DNA of 64,000 nt from Lachnospiraceae bacterium (GTDB lineage Bacteria > Bacillota > Clostridia > Lachnospirales > Lachnospiraceae), in NCBI GenBank assembly GCA_017521985.1, contig JAFXAZ010000035.1, positions 625-64,624 of the forward strand. Direction: 5' to 3'. Made by a program: the position numbers and the translations under genes. The first letter of the stretch is position 1. Every line of letters starts with the position of its first letter. Of the stretch, positions 1-6,565 are shown one piece after another. The notes under the pieces were generated by a model. That model ran no database searches and was not told where the DNA came from. It saw only the letters and a program-made list of their open reading frames with translations.

Positions 1-118
1 ATAGGTAGGGTCGCGCGAGAACCGCGTGAGGGTGAAATTCCCGTGGAGCTGAGCCAAGCAGCCGTCCGTATTTGCCTCTTTCTATTTTTCGATTTTTAAG
101 TTACTGAAAGGGGTTACT

Positions 119-307
119 ATGCAAGAAAACAAATTGCCGAAAGGCAAAGAAAATAAAGCAAGTGAAAATCCTCTGGAAGAAACAACGACCTACCGTATCG
201 AAGGTAGGTCGTTTGTCGTAAAGCCGGTATTCAAAGAAGGAAACGCCAATACCTTCGGTGCGATCCTTTTACGCCTTATGCAGGCAGATTGTGAAAGTAA
301 ATCGTAA
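119..307 (+). CDS. Small TnpW-like transposon-encoded protein (62 aa)
   Basis: The core TYRIEGRSFVVKPVFKEG...FGAILLRLM resembles the small TnpW proteins found beside serine recombinases in clostridial conjugative transposons. This is recalled, not searched. RBS-like GAAAGGGG lies upstream. Confidence 0.45.
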   Translation: MQENKLPKGKENKASENPLEETTTYRIEGRSFVVKPVFKEGNANTFGAILLRLMQADCESKS

Positions 308-324
308 AACTTCTGCAAACCCGG

Positions 325-354
325 CTGACAAGTGGCTGTCGGGCGCGGTATAAT
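325..354 (+). promoter_or_regulatory. Possible sigma-A promoter for the recombinase gene
   Basis: CTGACA (325-330), 18-nt spacer, TATAAT (349-354), about 65 nt upstream of the GTG start. Confidence 0.3.
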
Positions 355-418
355 ATAAGCGTGGAGATGTATCCACGCAAGAAAAATTGTTGTCCGACTG
401 TCCCGGAAAGGAGGACTT

Positions 419-2128
419 GTGAAACAGTCGAACAATAAAAAATCCCGTGACGTGACAGCCTTTCTTTATGAGAGACTTTCCCGTGACGATAATCTGGAAG
501 GTGAGAGCTACAGCATAGGCAATCAGAAAAAGCTGCTCACCAAAGTAGCCAAAGAAAAGGGCTACACGAATTTAGTTCATTTTATGGACGATGGTATTTC
601 AGGCGTAACGATGGACCGCCCAGGCTTTGTGGATATGATCCGTCAGCTTGAAGAAGGGCGCGCCGCTGCCGTGTTTGTCAAAGACCTTTCTCGTCTCGGA
701 CGAAACTATATTGAGGTCGGACGCTTGACAGAGGAATTTTTCCCCGAGCATGATATCCGTCTCGTAGCGGTCTCGGACAATATCGACACCGCCGAAGGTG
801 AAAACGAGCTGGCGCCGATCCGCAATCTGTTCAATGAATGGTACGCACGCGATATCAGCAAGAAACGCCGTATCAGCAATAAGATCAAGGGCAACGCAGG
901 CGAACCGATGGGACAGCCTCCCTACGGTTACATGAAGGACCCCGACAATCCGAAACGCTGGATAGTGGATGATGAAGCCGCCCTGGTAGTCAAGAGTATT
1001 TACAGTATGACCCTGGACGGCCTCGGAACGGAGCAGATCGCGGCACAGCTTGAACGGGATGAAATACTTACCCCACGCGCCTATTGGCTGCAGAAGGGCG
1101 TTAAACGCCCAGGAAAGGGCAAGCAGTTACCGCCTACACGGTGGAACAGCTCGACCATTACCAAAATTCTTTCTTTACAAGAATACTGCGGCGATATCCT
1201 CAATTTCAAGACCTACTCTAAATCTTATAAGAACAAGAAACGGATAGATAATGACCGTGAGAATTGGGTCGTTTTCAAGGACGTACACGAACCGATCATT
1301 GACCGCGCCGTATGGGAGCAGGTACAGCAGAAACGAGGAACGAGGCGCAGACGACGCACCAACGATGGAGAGAAAAATATGTTTTCGGGGCTTTTGGTTT
1401 GCGCCGACTGCGGAAACAACCTCCATTACCATTTCAATCAAGGCAATCCCGAGATCAAGTATTTCAACTGTTCCAACTACAAGGGCAACAGAGGGACTTG
1501 TACCTCTACCCATTATGTCCGTGTAGATTTTTTGGAGCAGGTGGTGCTTGGCGAGATCAAGCGGCTGACAAAGTTTGCGAGCCATTATGAGGACGATTTT
1601 GTAAAGGCCGTTATGGGTAGCTCTCAACAGAGTGTGGCGCTCAACCGCAAGCTCAAAGAAAAAGAGCTTGCAGCCTTGCAAGCCCGTGATGAAGAATTGG
1701 ACGGATTGTTTGAGCGCATTTATGAGGACAATGTTTCGGGTAAACTTTCCGATGATCGCTTTTCCAAAATGTCAAGACGATATGAGGACGAGCAAAAGGA
1801 GATATCCGAAAAGATAAAGACCCTCCGCGCTGAAATGGATAAATTGAGCAGTAAAGCCGTAACGGCGGATATGTTCATTTCCACCGTCCGTAAATACACC
1901 AGGGCAAAGGTATTGACGCCGCGAATGCTGAACGAGTTGATTGACCGCATAGAGGTCCATCAGGCGGAGAAGATCGACGGCGAATGGGTCCAGCACCTCA
2001 CCATTCATTACAACTGTGTGGGGGCGATATTCATTCCCGAGGTGTTCCCGCTACCGGTGCCCGAGGTATCCGTAAATACAAGAAAAGGCGTGGTCGTAAA
2101 CTACGCGCCATGCCAAGTCGCCATATAA
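419..2128 (+). CDS. Large serine recombinase (resolvase/invertase N-domain + recombinase domain + zinc ribbon + coiled coil)
   Basis: GTG start preceded by AAAGGAGGA. N-terminal catalytic motif AFLYERLSRDD. Cys-rich zinc ribbon CADCGNNLHY...FNCSNY...CTSTHY. C-terminal coiled coil. Architecture matches TndX/TnpX/phage-type large serine integrases. Confidence 0.9.
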   Translation: MKQSNNKKSRDVTAFLYERLSRDDNLEGESYSIGNQKKLLTKVAKEKGYTNLVHFMDDGISGVTMDRPGFVDMIRQLEEGRAAAVFVKDLSRLGRNYIEVGRLTEEFFPEHDIRLVAVSDNIDTAEGENELAPIRNLFNEWYARDISKKRRISNKIKGNAGEPMGQPPYGYMKDPDNPKRWIVDDEAALVVKSIYSMTLDGLGTEQIAAQLERDEILTPRAYWLQKGVKRPGKGKQLPPTRWNSSTITKILSLQEYCGDILNFKTYSKSYKNKKRIDNDRENWVVFKDVHEPIIDRAVWEQVQQKRGTRRRRRTNDGEKNMFSGLLVCADCGNNLHYHFNQGNPEIKYFNCSNYKGNRGTCTSTHYVRVDFLEQVVLGEIKRLTKFASHYEDDFVKAVMGSSQQSVALNRKLKEKELAALQARDEELDGLFERIYEDNVSGKLSDDRFSKMSRRYEDEQKEISEKIKTLRAEMDKLSSKAVTADMFISTVRKYTRAKVLTPRMLNELIDRIEVHQAEKIDGEWVQHLTIHYNCVGAIFIPEVFPLPVPEVSVNTRKGVVVNYAPCQVAI

Positions 2129-2133
2129 AGAAA

Positions 2134-2175
2134 GCGAGTGTTCTACAACATTTCAAATGCTGTAAGAACACTCGC
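2134..2175. other. Candidate hybrid attachment site (attR/attL) of the serine-recombinase element
   Basis: Perfect 11-bp inverted repeat GCGAGTGTTCT (2134-2144) / AGAACACTCGC (2165-2175), 6 nt after the recombinase stop. Its centre (2154/2155) coincides with the point where the SGNH frame runs into a stop codon. Confidence 0.45.
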
Positions 2176-2314
2176 CATGGTCCGGAAACTCAAATCCGAG
2201 TTCCCCTTTCACCAAGGTTGCGTAACCATATCCCAGAATCGCACTATCTTCTCTGGAACGACCTGCATCTGTTATAGAATCTCCTTGAAACAAGATTGTC
2301 CTAGTATTACTCAA
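2153..2314 (-). pseudogene. 5' fragment (53 codons) of an SGNH/GDSL hydrolase gene truncated by the mobile element
   Basis: Minus-strand translation gives (TTG)SNTRTILFQGDSITDAGRSREDSAILGYGYATLVKGELGFEFPDHGECSYSI*. It contains the block-I GDS(I/L) motif typical of GDSL esterases. Blocks II-V (NRGISGN etc.) are missing. The start abuts the stop of the upstream gene at 2315-2317. Confidence 0.6.
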
Positions 2315-3175
2315 CTATACTTCCTCACTTTCACTGTTTTCCTCATCTTCGCTGCTTTCACTGCTTTCAGTACTTGCCTCGCTGCTTTCACTGCTTTCGG
2401 TACTTACCTCGCTGCTTTCACTGCTTTCGGTACTTGCCTCACTGCTTTCACTGCTTTCGGTACTTGCTTCGCTGTCTTCACTGCTTTCGGTACTTGCCTC
2501 GCTGTCTTCACTGCTTTCAGTACTTGCCTCGCTGTCTTCGCTGCTTTCAGTACTTGCTTCGCTGTCTTCGCTGCTTTCGATACTTGCCTCGCTGTTTTCA
2601 CTGCTTTCAGTACTTGCTTCGCTGCTTTCGATACTTGCCTCACTGCTTTCGCTGCTCATCTCGCTAGCTTCACTCTTTACTTCTTTACTAAAATCAAAAA
2701 TATCTTCTAAGGCTAAATTTTCTTCACTTGGAGCAATACCCCAAAATGCTTCCGCTTCAATTTTAAGCTCTTTTTCTTTTGGTACATTTGATAAATAAAA
2801 TTCAAAAGAGTCCTCAGCAATCTGATCTGTATATAATTTTTTTATTTCTACTCCCTCTTCTACATCTGTTATACTTACTACACAATATCCTTGATTTGCT
2901 TTGCTGGATAAGTCGATTTGTACACGATAAGAACATACCTCTGAACTATTTGTATCTATATCATCTATATCCAAACTTAATGTTTGTAACTGCTCCTCCA
3001 TCAATTCAGACGTAACCTTAGTAACTGAATATTCAGCCACTGACACATAAGCCTCTTTTGAAGAATTACTGCTATCTATAAACCATGCCAAACTCATACC
3101 TGCGAGGCTGGATGCGCAAACTAAAATTACTAAAGTAAATATTGGTACCATTAGCATTTTTATTTTCTTACTCAA
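2315..3175 (-). CDS. Secreted TasA/camelysin-like protein with a C-terminal poly-acidic Ser/Glu repeat tail
   Basis: TTG start after GAGGAGGGG. N-terminal TM/signal with SLAWFIDSS (SipW-class signature). The C-terminal ~110 aa consist of (E/D)(A/S)S(T/I)ESSE(S/D)S repeats. Confidence 0.6.
   Translation of the reverse strand: MSKKIKMLMVPIFTLVILVCASSLAGMSLAWFIDSSNSSKEAYVSVAEYSVTKVTSELMEEQLQTLSLDIDDIDTNSSEVCSYRVQIDLSSKANQGYCVVSITDVEEGVEIKKLYTDQIAEDSFEFYLSNVPKEKELKIEAEAFWGIAPSEENLALEDIFDFSKEVKSEASEMSSESSEASIESSEASTESSENSEASIESSEDSEASTESSEDSEASTESSEDSEASTESSEDSEASTESSESSEASTESSESSEVSTESSESSEASTESSESSEDEENSESEEV
2351..2660 (-). repeat. Tandem 30-nt coding repeat (~10 copies) encoding the Ser/Glu-rich tail
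   Basis: The unit GCTGCTTTCACTGCTTTC(A/G)GTACTTGCCTC recurs at 2351, 2381, 2411 ... 2591, with point variants and shortened terminal units. Confidence 0.9.
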
Positions 3176-3818
3176 AACTTATCCCCTCCTCACCTTCAAT
3201 CTGAGTTGCATTCAAATCAAGACTGAATCCAATTTTCAAATCTGAAGCAATATTATTGTAAGCATTCCCTGTGCCCTCTGGCCAAGAGATGCAAATCTCA
3301 AAGGTATCCTCTGCATCTTTTACCAAAACAAGGTTTGTCCCGATGACATCACTAACTTCTGCAATTTCTGCAATTGTTTTTTCTATCACACTTTCACCTG
3401 AAGTTACCTTCACGCATAAAATTTCTTTTAAAGCATCTACTATGTCACTTTGCTCATTTTCTTCGTTAAATTCATAATCGTAATTCAAACGAAGTTCATA
3501 TTTTAACGGTAAAGCTCCAACATTTTTAACAATAATGTTTTCTGTAGCCTGCACACCCGGTTGCCACATAGATGCATTTGTCGCATCATCGCAATTATAA
3601 AGTTCTGTAAAAAGTTTTGTCTCACTTGTTACTTTATCCTCTGGTGTAGCACTACGATAAAATTCTATATCAAGTTCACCCGTTTTAATCTGATTATTTC
3701 TAGAAGAAACCCTGCTTTCAAACCAAGCATATGTGATTCCAAACAGCATAATACAACAGAGAAATAAAGCTATTAAACTACTCAACAATGCATTCCATCT
3801 TATTTTCTTGTCCGCCAT
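3168..3818 (-). CDS. TasA/camelysin-family secreted protein with SipW-type signal peptide
   Basis: ATG at 3818 preceded by AAGAGGA. Signature GITYAWFESRVSSRNNQIKTGELDIEF. C-terminal motif TGNAYNN...LKIGFSLDLNATQ. Confidence 0.65.
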   Translation of the reverse strand: MADKKIRWNALLSSLIALFLCCIMLFGITYAWFESRVSSRNNQIKTGELDIEFYRSATPEDKVTSETKLFTELYNCDDATNASMWQPGVQATENIIVKNVGALPLKYELRLNYDYEFNEENEQSDIVDALKEILCVKVTSGESVIEKTIAEIAEVSDVIGTNLVLVKDAEDTFEICISWPEGTGNAYNNIASDLKIGFSLDLNATQIEGEEGISFE

Positions 3819-4494
3819 TTTCAATTTCCTCTTTTTCTCCAGACTGCTCTTTTAAAGTTTGCAATTCCGCAATCAGTCTCTGAGTTTCTTTTCGTTCTGC
3901 TTCTAATTGTTGCCTTTCCAACTGGATTTCCTTCACTTGTTCTATACGATAAGCTTTGAAGTTTTTAGCACAAATCAATACCTGATATCCTATTAAAAAA
4001 AGAAATGGTATCAAAATACAACAAATATATCCGGGTATTGTTTTTAGGAACTGAAAGAAAACACCGATTTTAGGAATTCTCCACTGATACTTACCTATTA
4101 TCATGTCATAAGTTACGACCATATCATCATCAATATTATTCGTTGTTCCATATGTAACGTATCCTGGTTGTCCCATTTCGTTTGTTGCAGACTTCCTAAT
4201 TTTATGTGTAATTACCATTCCATAGTTCTCTTCGTTTCTAGCTTCATATGAAATAATATCGCCTTCTTTTAAAGATGAAGGTTCTACTAACTTGGTAAAT
4301 ACCACATCTCCTGCATTAAAATCTGTAGCACTCATAGAATCAGACAGAACAATAAAGGCTTTGTATCCAAAAAAACTTCTGTTATTTTGATCCAGTGTCG
4401 TTAAAGAGATTATTGTAAAAATCATCATAACCACTGCTATGATAAACACCCCCCAAAACAGTGCATCCTTTACACTCTTCCATGCTTTTTCCAT
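3778..4494 (-). CDS. sipW: Signal peptidase I, SipW (ER/archaeal) type, with an extra C-terminal TM segment and coiled-coil tail
   Basis: RBS AAGGAGGAGG. N-terminal TM. Catalytic Ser in VLSDSM and His in VITHKI. C-terminal extension ...ERQQLEAERKETQRLIAELQTLKEQ. Confidence 0.8.
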   Translation of the reverse strand: MEKAWKSVKDALFWGVFIIAVVMMIFTIISLTTLDQNNRSFFGYKAFIVLSDSMSATDFNAGDVVFTKLVEPSSLKEGDIISYEARNEENYGMVITHKIRKSATNEMGQPGYVTYGTTNNIDDDMVVTYDMIIGKYQWRIPKIGVFFQFLKTIPGYICCILIPFLFLIGYQVLICAKNFKAYRIEQVKEIQLERQQLEAERKETQRLIAELQTLKEQSGEKEEIENGGQENKMECIVE

Positions 4495-4531
4495 GGTTCC
4501 TCCTCCTTAAAATGAATACTGCGCCTGATTT

Positions 4532-5284
4532 CTATAAAGCTTCTAACTCACCTCTTATTGCGCTATCGTCTTCCATCTTTTCATGAAATATTTTTTGCTT
4601 ATTTTCAAGCTTCATAAATTCCCGGTAATATCTTATTCCAAATTCCCGTAGAGATTTCGAATTAAAATGCAAGTTATCAGGATTAGAAGTTAAACCTTCT
4701 GCTGAAACAAAACCTGTCATCTCATTATTCATACTTATGCTTTTTAATGCTTCATTCACATATACATAATTCATGGAAACGACATTTGACTTGTAATTTT
4801 TAAGATAATCTCCCAATCCACCTACTAAAAATGGCACATCGTACAACTCTAGATCTCTTCTGAATGCTGCCATCATTTTTTCAAATCTTTCCTGATATGT
4901 TGAGTACCTGTCCGGCTCACAATCAGCTTCTCCCTGATGCCACAAAACTCCAGCTATAGTGGATGTTCTTGAGGCAAGCCTTGATTGATAAATGGCATGA
5001 TCATATAATAAACTTCCCTCTTTCCACTGCTCCAATGATGTTCCACCATCCGCACACGGAATCAAACCTACACACACGTCATGTTCTTTTGCATAAGCCT
5101 CTGCAAAACTTTCTGCAAGACTAATCCCCGAAAAAGAACGATCACAATTTACAGGTACATACATCGTTTGCCATCTTCCGTTCCTAAGAACTTTAAGCCT
5201 ATCACTCTTGATTAGCTCCACTTCGTTCACAAAACCTCGACCAGCCATATTAGACTGTCCAATCATCAGAAATGAGTGAATCAT
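4532..5284 (-). CDS. SASA/CE6-like carbohydrate O-acetylesterase (probable acetyl-xylan or sialate-type esterase), no signal peptide
   Basis: The start MIHSFLMIGQSNMAGRG carries the GQSNM motif of the sialate-O-acetylesterase / CE6 family. Start chosen at 5284, just downstream of the upstream gene's stop (5298); the longer ORF to 5383 would overlap that gene. Confidence 0.7.
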   Translation of the reverse strand: MIHSFLMIGQSNMAGRGFVNEVELIKSDRLKVLRNGRWQTMYVPVNCDRSFSGISLAESFAEAYAKEHDVCVGLIPCADGGTSLEQWKEGSLLYDHAIYQSRLASRTSTIAGVLWHQGEADCEPDRYSTYQERFEKMMAAFRRDLELYDVPFLVGGLGDYLKNYKSNVVSMNYVYVNEALKSISMNNEMTGFVSAEGLTSNPDNLHFNSKSLREFGIRYYREFMKLENKQKIFHEKMEDDSAIRGELEAL

Positions 5285-5297
5285 TTTATTCCGCCCT

Positions 5298-5849
5298 TCA
5301 ATCATTAAATTCTTTGTTTGGATTATTTTTAGTCTGTACTGCATCTGCATACATGTTAAAATACAAACTATGATCCTGTACAACGTTGCCTGCTTCCTTA
5401 GGGAAATAAATAGTCATTACTAAGTCCCTTTTTTCATTTATCTCCAATAAATCATCAGCTGCTCCTGCATTACTCTTTGTCAGTTCAGAAGCCGTTCCCT
5501 GATAGAGTATCTTTGCGCCATCAGATAAAGTGATTTCCAGTACATCTGAAAGCCCACCATCTATATCATCCAGATATAGCCTATAATAAACAGCCCAGTT
5601 GCTATTATTTTCTATAAAGAAATTTTTTCGAACAGTCATTCCCGGCTCGAAAAGAAATTCATCTTCTTCAATAACGGGTTTGCCGTCATTTAAATTAATA
5701 TCAATAATTCCGGTTTGAAAAATGTTCTCTTTGACAGACACGCTATCATAAAACAAAGCATAGCTTGAAACACAAAGACAAATTAAAAGAAACATAGCAA
5801 AAACTAAGCTTGTAGCCATTTTATTCAAATTATTCTTTTTATTGTACAT
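5298..5849 (-). CDS. TasA/camelysin-family secreted protein with SipW-type signal peptide
   Basis: ATG at 5849 preceded by AAGGGAG. Signature SSYALFYDSVSVKENIFQTGIIDINL. C-terminal AGNVVQDHSLYFNMYADAVQ. Confidence 0.55.
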   Translation of the reverse strand: MYNKKNNLNKMATSLVFAMFLLICLCVSSYALFYDSVSVKENIFQTGIIDINLNDGKPVIEEDEFLFEPGMTVRKNFFIENNSNWAVYYRLYLDDIDGGLSDVLEITLSDGAKILYQGTASELTKSNAGAADDLLEINEKRDLVMTIYFPKEAGNVVQDHSLYFNMYADAVQTKNNPNKEFND

Positions 5850-6468
5850 TTGTTTTCTCCCTTCTACCATGTCTCAACCCAAAATATACTAGTGCATAAA
5901 AAGCAAATCCCATCGCAACAATCCAGAAATACATATTAGTATTATCTCCAGTCAGAGTACTTGGCAAATAATCTGTTGAATCATCTTGTTCAGGAGTGAC
6001 CTCCATATCCTCGACTTCTTCGCCCTCTACAAACCAAATAAAATCTGCTGTCAGTTTTTTGTTTTGATACTCATTACCCACACTGGTATCCAGCCATACA
6101 CTAATCTCATAATGTACGTCTAGCGTAGTTTTTTCTGTAGCTTTAAGTTCATAATCAAGTGAAGAAGGCATCTCCTTCATCGTACCGTTATAAAGTACTT
6201 GTTCGCCTTCTTTAACCTTTACCTGCACATACAAAACTTCTGCAAGCATTTCACTGCCTTCATGAATATCTGTATCAAATTGCAATGTAATGTCCTCATC
6301 ATATGTAACCTTGACACAAAAGTTTTCAACAATTTTATCACCCGGAAACATGTTTTCCGCATTAAACGGTACACTATCACTGGTAATGTCAGTCGCTTTT
6401 ACCTCTACTACATTTATCGCAAAAAATATCACCATTACGGCAATCAAATTTTTTAAAACTTTTTTCAT
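5839..6468 (-). CDS. TasA/camelysin-fold secreted protein with a C-terminal membrane/wall anchor
   Basis: Ordinary signal peptide. Motifs MFPGDKIVENF...VGNEYQNKKLTADFIWF. C-terminus is YLPSTLTGDNTNMYFWIVAMGFAFYALVYFGLRHGRREK, i.e. a sorting-signal-like motif, hydrophobic helix and basic tail. Confidence 0.5.
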   Translation of the reverse strand: MKKVLKNLIAVMVIFFAINVVEVKATDITSDSVPFNAENMFPGDKIVENFCVKVTYDEDITLQFDTDIHEGSEMLAEVLYVQVKVKEGEQVLYNGTMKEMPSSLDYELKATEKTTLDVHYEISVWLDTSVGNEYQNKKLTADFIWFVEGEEVEDMEVTPEQDDSTDYLPSTLTGDNTNMYFWIVAMGFAFYALVYFGLRHGRREKTNVQ

Positions 6469-6504
6469 ATTCTATCATTCCGTTATACTCTTTAAAAAAG
6501 GTGC

Positions 6505-6538
6505 TGTCACACCGCAGAAAATAATCTCCAGTGTGACA
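6505..6538 (-). terminator. Hairpin + T-run after the GH10 gene (possible partial terminator/attenuator inside the operon)
   Basis: TGTCACAC (6505-6512) pairs with GTGTGACA (6531-6538). On the minus strand the hairpin is followed by TTTTTT. Confidence 0.5.
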
Positions 6539-6565
6539 CCCCTTCACAAAACTTCTATTTAGAAA

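Larger units (their letters stand above)
1..2154 (+). mobile_element. Right-hand end of an integrated mobile element (ICE/conjugative transposon or prophage-like) bounded by a large serine recombinase; left end lies outside the window
   Basis: TnpW-like ORF plus a terminal large serine recombinase. DNA left of ~2154 interrupts an SGNH hydrolase reading frame. An att-like palindrome sits at 2134-2175. The segment looks more GC-rich than the flanking DNA. Confidence 0.6.

Noticed and set aside
1175-1681. 168-aa antisense ORF and several 60-90-aa ORFs inside the recombinase gene
   Set aside because: They are embedded in, or antisense to, a well-supported 569-aa CDS. Their composition is low-complexity and no start signals are present.
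2138-2710. Plus-strand ORFs (190 aa, 97 aa) and a minus-strand out-of-frame ORF (79 aa) with striking repetitive Cys/Phe- or Lys/Ala-rich sequences
   Set aside because: They are alternative-frame or antisense translations of the 30-nt tandem repeat. The real gene is the minus-strand Ser/Glu-rich frame, which has a signal peptide, an RBS and operon context.
5839-6468. Calling the 209-aa protein a canonical LPXTG sortase substrate
   Set aside because: The motif is LPSTLTG, not LPXTG, and no sortase is encoded nearby. Only the tripartite shape is reported.
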